NCBI GenBank assembly: GCA_965113315.1
Contig: OZ220371.1
Source: Podarcis vaucheri
Taxonomy: Eukaryota
Length of the DNA stretch: 64,000 nucleotides
Strand: one strand, 5' to 3'
Shown: positions 1 to 13,443 of the stretch, in pieces
Position numbering within the stretch: the first letter of the stretch is position 1
Layout of the letters: every line of letters begins with the position of its first letter
Notes under the pieces: generated by a model
What the model was told of the DNA's origin: nothing
What the model saw: the letters and a program-made list of their open reading frames with translations, nothing else
The model's database searches: none
Translations under genes and position numbers: made by a program

Positions 1-1483
1 ATTTCTTCTAATAGTGAATCTGACTGATAAGAGTGCCAGTTTGGCACCAAAAAATGGACACCCCAAAAGACAGTTAGATGTTCCTCCATACTCAAGGAAC
101 TCCCTAGATGTTTAGAAGTATGCAACTTTGTAAAGTAAAAGAACATAATGTCTGAAAACCAGAAGAACCTTTGAGTTTCCAGGAGTTTATGAAATGTTGA
201 GGTGTTAGCTGAGAAAAAGAACCCTGGGGTGCGTGGCAGAAATGAGAATGAGCTTGCTCAGACCCCTTGCTTTTGGAAACTTTGATATCTCTGTGGTAGT
301 TTTTGTTATGCGAGTGGTGCCACCGTACCCTCCAACATGTCCCAGTGCAAAACCAGGCCACATGTCTTCTGGAGCGCGCTCCTGTGTGAGTCATGTGACC
401 CACGCAAGCGCATGGCATCCAAAAACACATGTTTTGGGATGCTGCGATCTCATTTGGTAGGATCCATTCCTTTAAGGATCCTTAAGCCATTTTAGGCTTT
501 ACAAGTAGCCATCTCCTCAAATGTTGCTCAGAAATGAACCAGGAGTCAGTGCAGCTGGTACAGCCATAATGGTATAATACACTCCAAGCAACAGCCTCAT
601 TGGTGCATTCTGTAATTGCTGTACCAGCCTAGCAGTTTGCTTTATAGCTCAGCTACCATATGGTTGCTTGTTTTATTCCAAAATGTCTACAAACAAGCAT
701 ATCTGCACAATTCTTTCCCCCTCATTGCCTCCCCTTCACCTTGAAATTCCAGTTGCACCTATAATAACCGCTCAATCAAACTTCAACGTAGTGTGAGAAA
801 GCCTGATTGAAATGTTGCAAGCAGGATCCAGCACAATTTCATAAATTATTAGAACAGCAAATGAAAGTATTGGTACAGTCTACTAATCTATTATTGTGTG
901 GTAAATCTGGACTGCGGCATTTGTGAAAGGCATGTCAATGACTCCTAAGTAAGGAATGCCCTATTTGTGTACAGTTTTTAAGGAAGTTTACGTGGAGTGT
1001 TTCATGCTGTCTTCAAGGTTATAGCTGTTCTTTTCAGAGACCTGCTGTAAGAATTGACTGATGTATCACTCAGAGCAGGACCTGCCTGCAGCTGTGCAAG
1101 TATGGCAGGGACCGGGACCCTGGGTGGACAGGCAGCATTGGAAACATCTGCTGCCCCAGCTAGGCATGCACCAGTTTCTGGGGCAGCTCTGTAAAGACTC
1201 CCTGCTCTGGGGTCGGGGCCACCCCTGGCAGGACCAAGGGAGCTGTCCAATTGGGGGCAGCACTTTGGGGTGGAGCAAGGGCATGGGCCAGCCCCCATCG
1301 TGCGGGACAAGTGGAAGTGTGAACGAGCCTTTAGTCCACTAGTTTGTGCAAGCAATTACAATACAGTTGCTCGCAGTTATTTTCAATTCATTCAGTTCTT
1401 TGGATGCAATGCAATTTGTGGCATCAGATCAATCAATGTGTTGTATCCCGAATACTAGTTGAATTTAATTGCCTTTGGAATCA

Positions 1484-1969
1484 ATTGGTGGTATTCAACT
1501 AATTTTTACACAGAGTAAAGGTAAAGGGACCCCTGACCGTTGGGTCCAGTTGTGACCAACTCTGGGGTTGCAGCGCTCATCTCGCTTTATTGGCCGAGGG
1601 AGCCGGCGTACAGCTTCTGGGTCATGTGGCCAGCATGACTAAGCCGCTTCTGGCGAACCAGAGCAGCGCATGGAAACGCCGTTTACCTTCCTGCCGGAGT
1701 GGTACCTATTTATCTACTTGCACTTTGACGTGCTTTTGAACTGCTAGGTTGGCAGGAGCAGGGACCGAGCAACAGGAGCTCACCCCATCGCGGGGATTCA
1801 AACCACTGTCCTTCTGATCGGCAAGCCCAAGGCTCTGTGGTTTAACCCACAGCGCCACCGGCATCCCTTTTACACAGAGTAGACCCATTTAAATTAATCA
1901 ACAGGAAAGTTAGGTCCATTCATTTCAATGGGTCTGCTCTGAGTAAAAATTTGTTGAATACCTTCCAAT
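1484..1969. mobile_element. ~120-bp palindromic MITE-like hairpin element interrupted by a Sauria SINE
   Basis: Arms ATTGGTGGTATTCAACTAATTTTTACACAGAGTAGACCCATT / AATGGGTCTGCTCTGAGTAAAAATTTGTTGAATACCTTCCAAT are inverted repeats once the SINE is removed; sibling copies at 30893-31012 and ~47660-47890. Confidence 0.7.
1518..1867 (-). mobile_element. Sauria SINE, full length
   Basis: Minus strand starts GGGATGCCGGTGGCGCTGTGG (tRNA-like A/B boxes) and ends in an (ACCTTT)-type tail; 14-bp TSD TTTTACACAGAGTA at 1504-1517 and 1868-1881. Confidence 0.93.
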
Positions 1970-3443
1970 GAGACATTACAAACCTGCCCCATTGATTTCA
2001 CTAGGACCTAAGTTCAACTAATTTGGTCTAAATCCAACTAATTTATTTTTTTACTTCCAGTTGAAGTAAGTCATGATTTAAACCCATAGAAACCCATGAA
2101 GCAAGTTAAGTCTCAGATAACTTACCCATTCATTGAAAGCAATCTGTTTTTAGCAGAGGTGGATTTAGGGCAGTGCGACCAGTTCCCCCATACTGGGCAC
2201 TGAGCCTAGTGGGTGCCATAGGCTGGCGCAAATATTGAGGCAGCAGAAGGCAAAAGGCAGAGGGGTGCCAAATTTTGGGTTCGCACAGAGTGCCGCTGAA
2301 ATTTGAAAGACCCAGGTCTGCCCCTGGTTTTAGTCATGATTAACTTTAGCTTAATTGGGCCACTGTGTTTAAGACGGAGCCCACAGCAGGGGCAGCCTGA
2401 GACATTTGGGCACCTGAGGCAAATCACAAACTGGCATCCAGCCCTCTGGCCAGGGAACAAACGTGAGTGAAGATCCACATCAGGAACAAGAGGGGAACAA
2501 ACATCTCCATCGAGAACAAGGGCGAGAGGAGACCAGCACTCTAAGAGAGACCGTCAAGGGGGCCTCCAAGGAGTGCACTGCTGCTGTTGTTGCCATTGCA
2601 GCATCAGGCGAAGCCTTCCCTGGAGGCGGGATCTGCTGTCCCTGTGGATCCTGCCACCTGAAGTGGCCATCTCACCTTGCCTCATGGATGGGCTAGCCCT
2701 AGCCCACAGTCATTTCACTGCACAAAACAACACACACTCCTGGTTTCCTTGTGGGGCCCCTTTGCAATTTTCCATATTCGAACACACACACACACACACA
2801 AAATGCTTTTAAAGGTGTATTAGGAGGCCAGAGATAAAATGTTCATCTTTGATGTTTTATCAATACTTTAGAAGAGAGTGTGAGGTATGAAAAGCTTTCC
2901 CTTATTGAAACCTTCCTTGCATGCCCTTCCTCCTCAAAGTTTTGCCGTGGCTTGAGCAAAGCAGAGAGAAAGAGAGAAATAAAAGCATGTAATTTGCATG
3001 TAATACTAAAGCTTACAGAGGAAAGTTCAGAGGGAGAAATTAGCAAATACATTTAAAATAATACATTCTGCCTGTTTCTTTGTTTGCCTCAGATCACGTA
3101 ATTATGCGGATGACCAGTTGGAAAGGTTCTCTCCTATGGTTAAAGTCGGCAGCCTTATCTAGTGATGGAATTTTCATGCAACAAGGTACAGCTAAAGACT
3201 ATATGGAACTGGCCGAGATGACTGCCAGGATCCGAGACCTGGATGAAGAAGCAATGGAGGAGGACTGGAAAAGATTATTTGCAAAAGTTTTATAAACTAT
3301 ATGAACTATAAGAATTCGCACAAATTGGAAAGATTAGCTCCAGCAAAGAGGACACAAGATATTGAAATTAAATAAATAAATTAATGAAAAGATTAAGGTT
3401 TAAAGGTTGGAAATGTTATTATATTGGCTGTTTAAAGTAAATT

Positions 3444-3808
3444 AAAGGTAAAGGTAAAGGTACCCCTGCCCGAACGGGCCAGTCTTGACAGACTCTGGGG
3501 TTTGTGCGCCCATCTCACATCTATTGGCCGGGGGCCAGCACTGTCTGGGGACACTTCCGGGTCACGTGGCCAGCGTGACAACGCTGCTCTGGCGAGCCAG
3601 AGCCGCACACGGAACGCCGTTTACCTTCCCGCTGGTAAGCGGTACCTATTTATCTACTTGCCCCCGGGGGTGCTTTCGAACTGCTAGGTGGGCAGGCGCT
3701 GGGACCGAGCAGCGGGAGCGCACCCCGCCGCGGGGATTCGAACCGCCGACCTTTCGATCAGCAAGCCCTAGGCGTTGAGGCTTTAGCCCACAGCGCCACC
3801 CGCGTCCC
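3444..3808 (-). mobile_element. Sauria SINE, full length, CpG-rich (young)
   Basis: Minus strand GGGACGCGGGTGGCGCTGTGG...GGTTCGAATCC (A/B box), (ACCTTT)n tail; 13-bp TSD TTTAAAGTAAATT at 3431-3443 and 3809-3821. Confidence 0.95.
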
Positions 3809-3842
3809 TTTAAAGTAAATTGGCAATAAGTAATTTAAACTA

Positions 3843-6800
3843 CCCCTTCATGGATCACTGCCTTGCCGTGGCGAAGGGGCTTGAAGAACTCAGAGAAGCT
3901 ATGAACTACGCCGAGCAGGGCACACAAGATGAACAGGTCATAGTGGAGAGTTTTGACCAAACGTGATCCACCTGGAGTAGGAATCGGCAAGCCACTCCAG
4001 TATCCCTGCCAAGAAAACTCCATGGACAAAGACAACAGGCATATAAAAGTTATGACACTGGAAGATGAGCCCTTCAGGTCGGAAGGTGTCCAACATGCTA
4101 CTGGGGAAGAGCGGAGGACAAGTACAAGTAGATCCAGAGCTGATGAAGCGGCTGGGCCAAAGCCGAAAGGACGCTCAGTTGTGGATATGCATGGAAGCGA
4201 AAGGAAAGTCCAATGCTGTAAAGAAAAATATTGCATAGGAACCTGGAATGTAAGAACCATGAACCTGGGTAAGTTGGATGTGGTCAAAAATGAGATGGCA
4301 AGAATAAATATTGACATCCTGGGCATCAGTGAGCTAAAATGGACGGGAATGGGCGAATTCAGTTCGGATGACTACCATATCTACTACTGTGGGCAAGAAA
4401 CCCGTAAGAGAAATGGAGTGGCCCTCATAGTCAACAAAAGAGTGGCGAAAGCTGTACTGGGATGCAGTCTCAAAAATGATAGAATGATCTCGATATGAAT
4501 CCAAGGCAGACCTTTTAACATCACAGTAATCCAAGTTTATGCACCAACTACTGGTGCTGAAGAAACTGAAATTGACCAGTTCTATGAAGACTTACAAAAC
4601 CTTATCAAAGTGACACCAAAGAAGGATGTTCTGCTCATTATAGGGGATTGGAATGCTAAAGTAGGGAATCAAGAGATAAAAGGAACAACTGGCAAGTTTG
4701 GCCTTGGAGATCAAAACGAAGCAGGGCAAAGGCTAATAGAGTTCTGTCAAGAGAACAAGCTGGTCATCACAAACACGCTTTTCCAACAACACAAGAGACG
4801 ACTCTACACATGGACATCCCCAGATGGGCAACATCGAAATCAGATTGATTATATTCTCTGCAGCCAAAGATGGAGAAGCTCTATACAGTCAGCAAAAACA
4901 AGACCTGGAGCTGACTGTGGCTCAGATCATCAGCTCCTTATAGCAAAATTCAAGCTTAAACTGAAGAAAGTAGGAAAAACCACTGGGCTGGTAAGATACA
5001 ATCTAAGTCAAATCCCTTATGAATACACAGTGGAAGTGAGGAACAGGTTTAAGGATTTAGATTTGCTGGACAGAGTGCCTGAAGAACTATGGATGGAGGC
5101 TCGCAACATTATACAGGAGGCAGCAACTAAAACCATCCCAATGAAAAAGAAATGCAAGAAAGCAAAGTGGCTGTCCAACGAGGCCTTACAAATAGCGGAG
5201 GAGAGAAGGCAAGCAAAATGCGAGGGAGATAGTGAAAGATACAGGAAATTGAATGCAGATTTCCAAAGAACAGCAAGGAGAGACAAGAAGGCCTTCTTAA
5301 ACGAGCAATGCAAAGAAATAGAGGAAAGCAACAGAATGGGAAGAACCAGAGATCTGTTCAAGAAAATCGGAAATATGAAAGGAACATTTCGTACAAAGAT
5401 TACCATAATAAAGGACAAAAGTGGTAAAGATCTAACTGAAGCAGAAGACATCAAGAAGAGGTGGCAAGAATACACAGAGGAATTATACCAGAAAGATATG
5501 GATGTCTCGTACACCCCAGGTAGTGTGGTTGCTGACCTTGAGCCAGACATCCTGGAGAGTGAAGTCAAATGGGCCTTAGAAAGCACTGCAAATAACAAGG
5601 CCAGTGGAAGTGATGGTATTCCAGCTGAACTGTTTAAAATTTTAAAAGATGATGCTGTTAAGGTGCTACACTCAATATGCCAGCAAGTTTGGAAAACTCA
5701 GCAGTGGCCAGAGGATTGGAGAAGATCAGTCTACATTCCAATCCCAAAGAAAGGCAGTGCCAAAGAATGCTCCAACTACCGCACAATTTCACTCATTTCA
5801 CATGCTAGCAAGGTTATGCTTAAAATTCTACAAGGAAGGCTCAAGCAGTATGTGGACCGAGAACTCCCAGAAGTGCAAGCTGGATTTAGAAGAGGCAGAG
5901 GAACCAGAGACCAAATTGCAAACATGCGCTGGATTATGGAGAAAGCCAGAGAGTTCCAGAAAGACATCTACTTCTGCTTCATTGACTATGCAAAAGCCTT
6001 TGACTGTGTTGACCACAGCAAACTATGGCAAGTTCTTAAAGAAATGGGAGTGCCTGATCACCTCATCTGTCTCCTGAGAAATCTCTATGTGGGACAAGAA
6101 GCTACAGTTAGAACTGGATATGGAACAACTGATTGGTTCCAAATTGGGAAAGGAGTACGGCAAGGCTGTATATTGTCTCCCTGCTTATTTAACTTATATG
6201 CAGAATTCATCATGCGAAAGGCTGGGCTGGATGAATCCCAAGCCGGAATTAAGATTGCCGGAAGAAATATCAACAACCTCAGATATGCAGATGACACAAC
6301 CTTGATGGCAGAAAGTGAAGAGGAATTAAAGAACCTTTTAATGAGGGTGAAAGAGGAGAGCGCAAAATATGGTCTGAAGCTCAACATCAAAAAAACGAAG
6401 ATCATGGCCACTGGGCCCATCACCTCCTGGCAAATAGATGGGGAAGAAATGGAGGCAGTGAGAGATTTTACTTTCTTGGGCTCCATGATCACTGCAGATG
6501 GTGACAGCAGTTACGAAATTAAAAGACGCCTGCTCCTTGGGAGAAAGGCGATGGCAAACCTAGACAACATCTTAAAAAGCAGAGACATCACCTTGCCAAC
6601 AAAGGTCCGTATAGTAAAAGCCATGGTTTTCCCAGTAGTGATGTATGGAAGTGAGAGCTGGACCATAAAGAAGGCTGATCGCCGAAGAATTGATGCTTTT
6701 GAATTATGGTGCTGGAGGAGACTCTTGAGAGTCCCATGGACTGCAAGAAGATCAAACCTCTCCATTCTGAAGGAAATCAGCCCTGAGTGCTCACTGGAAG

Positions 6801-7065
6801 GACAGATCGTGAAGCTGAGGCTCCAATACTTTGGCCACCTCATGAGAAGAGAGGACTCCCTGGAAAAGACCCTGATGTTGGGAAAGATGGAGGGCACAAG
6901 GAGAAGGGGACGACAGAGAATGAGATGGTTGGATGGTGTTCTTGAAGCTACTAGCATGAGTTTGATCAAACTGCGGGAGGCAGTGGAGGACAGAAGTGCC
7001 TGGCGTGCTCTGGTCCATGGGGTCACGAAGAGTCGGACACGACTAAACGACTAAACAACAACAAC
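3843..7065 (+). mobile_element. BovB (RTE clade) LINE, full length ~3.2 kb
   Basis: APE endonuclease (GTWNVRTM, GDWNAKVG, SDH) plus RT (QGCILSP, YADD); 3' end GAGTCGGACACGACTAAACGACTAAA(CAA)n; perfect 11-bp TSD AATTTAAACTA at 3832-3842 and 7066-7076. Confidence 0.97.
4052..7054 (+). pseudogene. BovB ORF (EN-RT, ~1000 codons) with a single in-frame TGA at 4496-4498
   Basis: ORFs 3953..4498 and 4610..7054 are in the same frame and read MISI*IQGRPFNITVIQVYAPT across the stop; start ATG assignment (4052) is tentative. Confidence 0.9.
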
Positions 7066-9418
7066 AATTTAAACTAAAATGTAGGTTTTGAAGGTATAAA
7101 AAAAATGCATGAAACAAGGTTATAATTTGCTGAAATTTTATTTTGTTAAGAATGCACTGCGAGGGAGATTCGGGGAAGTCCGATAAATAGATTGGAACAG
7201 GCTTGAAATAACCATTTTCTCTTTTCTTTTCTTTCTTTTTTCTGTAACTGATATTTCTCTGTATAATTTGATGACAAATTTCTTATCTGGAAAAAAAACA
7301 ATAAAAATATTTATAAAAAAAACAAGGTACAGTTAAAGTGTTTAGTGCTGGAGTTGCTTTAGGCTGAATTTAGGGCCTCACATATGCAAATTCTTCTCTC
7401 TCTCTCTTTCTCTCTAATTTATGCACTTCTTCACCATTGTACAGTAACCCTTTCTCCCAGGTTTTCACACACACACACACACACCACAATCCAAAAGGAA
7501 TTTATTCTGTAAATAACTTCCTGCTTTTGCCTTAAAAACATAAAACACAATCATTGTATTATTCTGACTAAATATCAAGCATGAACATTTTAAAAATTGA
7601 AATTGATATCTATCTCCATTCTGAGTCTCATAGATGGTTTCTCAGTATGGGACCTCAATATATCTATGTGTACATGCAAATTACAAAATATGTAGATACA
7701 CAATAATAGTGTGACTAGTTAAAAATCTTTGGGGCGGGGGGGGGAGAAACATGGCTGCCTGTGCCTTTCAGATGTGAAATTTAGGAGGTGCAGAGCATTT
7801 TGTGACATCATGCTTGCCGTACAGGAACTCCTGGGCGCCATTAGCCAAAGTGGTTTTATTTACCCATGCAATTCATTTTCCAAATGCATTAGCATTTGCT
7901 TGTTTTGAAGTTCTCCAGGGTATCTGCAAAGCCGGCTGCCTAGTGGCAGAAAAATCTGTGTCCCTCCGATAGGTGAGTGACTGTGACTCCATCAATCAGC
8001 GCTGAGATGGGAATAAACAAAGGTGTTTCACAGGGATCCTGTGCCTAATGATCAGCAATTATAGGAAGTCAAATTAAGGCGTCGTTTTGTGGGTCTTGTG
8101 AAATTGATTAAGCAAAAAGAATGAGTGTGCCATTTCCCCAATTTATCCTGCTGCTCATTTTCAGTCAGAGCATTATCTCGGTTAACTGATGCAATTAATA
8201 TGAAAATGAGGAAATCATTGTTTAAAGAGATGAGAGGGAAGAGAAGAGGCATGAATGCAGCAGCGGCAAAGAATGAAAGACGCCAGGATGGAAATTTGCA
8301 TAGGTCAATGGTAATGTGATGCATATAGCACATATTCAAAGCTTTACTTGCAGAGTAATACATATCCATTAAATTATCATTACACTGACCTATGTCTGGC
8401 ACAATTCAATATTTCTAACTTCTAATGATAAAAAAGTTAATTAGGCTAAGGTGAAAACCTTTTCTGTGTGGACCAAAAGGAGAACATCAAAAGGGCATGC
8501 AGCCTCCCACTTCGATAAGGCAAGGTAACTTCACTTCCTCTTAATTCAACCTCTCATTAAGCATGGCAGGATTTTGTAGCTTGCCTTCTGTGTGGATTGT
8601 GATTTATTACACTGTCACTACTAATAAATACTCTTTTGACTGTGCAGTTACCGTTTAATATTCTATTTAGAAAGTTTAAGGCCAATTTGCATTGCTAATG
8701 CAATGGCTGGATTTTTAGATATATATTTTTTAAATAACTAACAGTTTCCACCTAAACTGGTTTGTGAAGTGCTGCAGACATCCACGTTCCACGGTCCAGA
8801 TGGCCCACTTTTCATAGCTCATGACTTTTAACTAGGTATGCAGCCAGTCATGCGGCTGCTGGTTCTTCTCATACTCAGCTTTTGCTTTCCAAGGAGATAA
8901 AAGTGCATGTCACCCTCTCCCACTTAGTCTGCATTCTAAGATAAAGATGGTGCTCTGAAATACATGTGTGGGAGAAGAGCATTGGATCTGGGTCCCTGAG
9001 TCATCCTTCGGAAAGCACAGATGCACAAATATGTCACACTGGTCTTCACAGATCCAGAGCCCAGCTCAATACTCAGTCTGGCCAGTGTTGCTTCTGTTCA
9101 GGTTTCCAGCCTGCCTGTCAATCAATTCCACCCACTCACCTTAAATTTGCACTTCTGCACAACCTGGGATTCCCCCAAGCCTGCAGATACCTTCCTCTTT
9201 GGGTGAAGATCAACTGCAGCAGAGAAAATCCACGTGTGTTTTCCTAATCGTGTGTCAGTAACCTGAAAGCTGATTTATATAATTTTTGCAATTTTTTTCA
9301 TTAAAATTTTCAAGCATTTCCCCAATACTCTTCATATCAAATAATTACATTGTTTCATAAGTTGACTTCCCACCCTCACCTCCACAGTGTTTTAAATCAA
9401 ACCTTTTCCACTGCATTA

Positions 9419-9562
9419 TGCTTTTTTTCTTTAAAAAAATACTTAGGGGTACTCTCATTTTCCTACTCAGATTGAAATACTGTCCCTCAATGAGGCCAAA
9501 TTAGATTCTCAAAATGTTTAGGGGTATGCGTACCCCTGCGTCCCCCCAGGAAAAAAGCACTG
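9419..9562. mobile_element. Short non-autonomous DNA element with (CAG)TGCTTTTTT/AAAAAAGCACTG termini
   Basis: Inverted termini and internal AGGGGTA(T/C)GCGTACCCCT; related copy in opposite orientation at 25958-26470. Confidence 0.55.
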
Positions 9563-12095
9563 CTTAATCTATTACAAACAGTAATAGATAGCACCTGTGA
9601 TTTCAGTAATGTGCACTAGTATACTGCTTGTATACATTAAACCACAGTTTATTTAAATTATTGCAGGCATGGAGAATCTCCCACTTGGCCCACAAGGTTT
9701 TGTCAGCAAAGCCATCCCCATGTGCCCTGCAAGTGATACGGTGTATGAGATGCAACTCAGGGGTTGCAGGCACTGCTGATCAGCTGACTGAGGAAATGGC
9801 ATCTTGAAGCAGCATGTAATATGAAGTTCACTGCTACAAGGGGTGAGTTAAAAGTTCCTGGGCAGCCAGACTACATAGCTTTCAGAAAGAACAGCATTCA
9901 CAGCAGTAAGTACAAATAAAGATAATCCCACTATATGCTTCAGGAAACTGCTACTTGGTGCAGAGGCTGGAGAGATGTCTTTCCATCCTATCATCCACTT
10001 TCACGTTACTATCTTGCTACCTTTGCTTTCCAGCTTGAGCTACACATCTGCACAAAGAATGCAAATGAGTGCAGAAAAGAAGAAGCAAAGCTTGCCAAAA
10101 CCAGGAGCTGAGCCGTCTCAGCAGACGGCATTCAGCTGTAGAACAAACAAACAAGAATGCCAAAATCTGACTGATTTTGGAAGGCTGCAAAACTATTACT
10201 TGACAAAGCTGGGACTAGGTCAGAATAAAAGAAGCAAAATAGGATGTGAAAGCTGGCTACTTGGGGGGGGGGGGATCCTATTGGAGCTGCTTAGTAGCCA
10301 GTGGTTGTGAAGGAGAGAAGGAAAGAGGAAAGAGTATCTGAGCCAAGGGATTTTGGGAGGCCATACTGTCTTCCTCCCAGGAAGAGCGTGTCATTAAAGG
10401 GGATGCCATCCAGTAGCTGCAGAAACCTCTGTTGTCGTGGTCAGTTGCCTTGCACAGAAGATGGAAGGAGTATAATCTCACCGTTGGGTTGGGTCAGAGA
10501 ATCAAGGGTTCTGTATCCTAGCATAAATGCCATTAATGGAAGACAGAAATCTGGCTGGTCATAAGCAGAGCCCAGAAGAACCTAGAAAGCAGGACAGGAG
10601 TCTGGGTAGAATCTGAGGGGCCAGGGATGGAACAAATTAGGGATGATGAATGGGGGGTTTGCCAGACCTTCAGGTATTGATTCTGGTTACCTGGCAGAGC
10701 ACGGTTCTACTAGCTGAACCAAGTAAACCACTGGCTATACATCTTGAGAGTGTGGGCCAACCTGCAAGGAAGAAGGAGAATATATATATATCAGTTGGAT
10801 AAACAATATTGAAATTGCTAACAGATTACTAGCCTTAAGATTGAAAGTGTTGATGGATGATACGATAGCAGTCCCCAGACAATCCTCATTACCATTGTAA
10901 ATTATACATCCTAAATGAATTAATCTGTTTAATGCCATCATTGAGTTTACCTTTCACAGCAGCTGCACAGCCACTCTGGGGTTTTGTTGTTGTCTGCTCT
11001 GTGTCAATTACACTAATCAGAAACTCATAGGCTGCCATTCTGGGAGTAATAGATAACAGACTCCTGGAGGAACATCCACCCACATTTAAAATGCCAACAA
11101 ATTTCTGTCCATGGTAATACATTCAGTGAAGTCAGTGGACTTGCCCAGATTTGCCTTCAAGCTTTAGAAAATGGAAATAAATTCATCCATCCAGTAGGGA
11201 TGTATCTATTTCTGCTTTTATTGAGAGGACCAGCTCACTTTGAAGTTTGTGAGGTGATTATGAGGATAACTACCCAGTGTTCAATATAGTCCTCTTAACT
11301 GCTTAATTACCATATGTCTCCAAACACTCCGTAATTAGATAAAAAAATGGAGAGACTGGAAATCTAATTCAATATTTATTGATGTGCTTTGACTTTGCTT
11401 CTTATTCTGTGAGGCTGCTAAAAATGCCTAAGACTTGCATTCGGCACACAGTCGACACACAGTTGACTTTCCACCCCACCCCACCCCGCACCCAAACTCC
11501 TAACAATATCAACATGGAAACTTAACATTGCACCAATACATCAGTTAACAGGGTCATCCTCCCATTGATTCATTCTAGGCCAGAAAGCCATCCTTCTCCC
11601 TACATCATTTATTTCTGCAGCTCTGCATTGTCCGATAGATTTCAATGTATGATTCTGTGCATTTGATATGGAAATATGTTAAAACAAACAAATGACATTC
11701 CATTGAAATTTGTTCTAAGCAATATTGACATTAAAATCTTATTGATGGTCTTACTTTATAATAGCTTAGCTGGTTAATTGGTGGGAGGAAATTTTATTTT
11801 AATTCATCATAACATTTGTATCATACCCTGCAAAAGCACTGCCCAGTGAGAAAAAAAATGTTAATTGTGAGGTTGTAGGTGAGGGGCAGACCTCTTTGTG
11901 TTTATATTTGATTACTTAGCTGGTGAAAAACGTAGGTGGTTAACCAAATGAAAATTCTTAAAGGTTTGCCAGCTCCATCTTTTGCACAAACAATTAGAAA
12001 AAGAATAGGATATCCATGCCCCCACTTTTGCACACACAGAGGCAAATTAAGCTAATTATTTATGAAATAAGTAGTTTGGGTGTTGGGAATGTTCA

Positions 12096-12438
12096 CAGAC
12101 CCTCCAAGTGTCCCTCTTTTCCAGGGACAGTCCCAGATTTACAGAAGCTGTCCCAGTTTCTGATTTCATCCCAAAATGTCTCACTTTCTCTTAGGACATC
12201 CCTATTTTCATCGGAGAAATGTTGGAGGATGTGGAGCTATGTGACCCCCAAGCCAAGGAGATACAACCTTTGGAAGACCTCTGAAGAAAGCCCTGTATAG
12301 GGAAGTTTTATTATGTTTTCATATATGTTGGCTGGAGCAACCCTGCCAGAGGGGAAAGGTATAAATAAAAAAATTATTGTTATGATGATGATGGAATAGG
12401 ACATTCCTGTTTTCATCGGAGAAATGTTTGAGCATATG
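12096..12438 (+). mobile_element. Composite non-autonomous element with CA(G/T)ACCCTCCAA-type termini, internal direct repeat and L2-like tail segment
   Basis: GGACATCCCTATTTTCATCGGAGAAATGTT occurs twice; reverse-oriented sibling at 20890-21313. Confidence 0.6.
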
Positions 12439-13443
12439 GGTCCATGTTTTCGACCAGATCGTTTAAATACTGTGTTGGCTAACTAGCCTGCCAGATGTGT
12501 GCCCCTTTGAGCATTGTTCCGACAGGAACACAATGTATACTGTGCTTGCAGCTGCAGAATGTGAGGCTGCTGCTACTTGTGAGTCCGGCAACCGACTGGG
12601 AAGTAGCCAGCCCCTGAGGGCTCGAGGCAGGCCATTCAAAGAATGCCTCTTTGTGAAGAATTGGTTTTCATCAGGCAGCAATGGTTGTAAATTAGCCTTC
12701 AGAAGAATAGCTGTGTGGGGTGAGGGAATCTTATGGAGACTGGCGTTCTCATTCACTTTCAGGCTTCATAAAGAAAAAAATCAAGAGTTTTCTTTTGCAG
12801 CACTCGCTGTTGCCTCTTTCCAAATCAGGCCTGCATGACGAAAGCCTCCCCCCCCCCACAAAAATCCTGGCTATGCCCATGCCCCAAGACCATAGGCATG
12901 AGAAGCGGGCAGGGAGGCACCATTGTGGAAGCCTGCGTCCCTCAGGTACATTCTAGGTCACTTTGCTGAATGTTCCAGCTTCCTATTTTTAAATGGTGAT
13001 AATTCTAGCCCTTTTGTTTACAGGGGTACACTAGTGGCCAAAATTGTGGAAACCTTTTGGACAAAGTGTATTTCCAAGGTTTGATAGCTCATAACACCAC
13101 TTTGTTTTGGAGTAATACCATAAAAGTATATATCGATGGAAAGATAATCTAATGAAGAATGTAATGCAACAATGTTTGTTCAGTTATCTGCATTCTATCA
13201 AAAGTTATAGCCAAATAACCAGAAAAAGGAGTGTTTAGAGAGCCAATCAGGTGTCATCTTGTTTTGACAATGATGTGAGGTCGGCTAGCCTAAGTTAATA
13301 TGTGTACATAAGTAGCCATTCTTGTCAATAGGTTGAGGTGGGGGAGAGGCAGGATGCAGGGGCCCAATCCACATACAGTGTACGAGGCCCAGAAAATCTT
13401 GTTGGCATCCCTGCCACCAGCCCATCCATAGCAAGCTAATAAT

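Larger units (their letters stand above)
3198..7320 (+). mobile_element. 5'-truncated L1 3' end (ORF2 C-terminus, 3'UTR, AATAAA/poly-A), split by Sauria SINE and BovB insertions
   Basis: KDYMELAEMTARIRDLDEEAMEEDWKRLF resembles squamate L1 ORF2 C-termini; AATAAA and A-tail at ~7300-7320; 18-bp TSD AACAAGGTACAG(C/T)TAAAG at 3180-3197 and 7321-7338. Confidence 0.72.

Noticed and set aside
3735-3808. tRNA-like sequences (also 17256-17273)
   Set aside because: These are SINE heads and an LTR primer-binding site, not tRNA genes.
3835-7026. Antisense and alternate-frame ORFs over BovB
   Set aside because: Shadows of the RT coding strand.
9900-10741. Possible LTR-like segment ending TATACA
   Set aside because: Could not define a 5' terminus or TSD.
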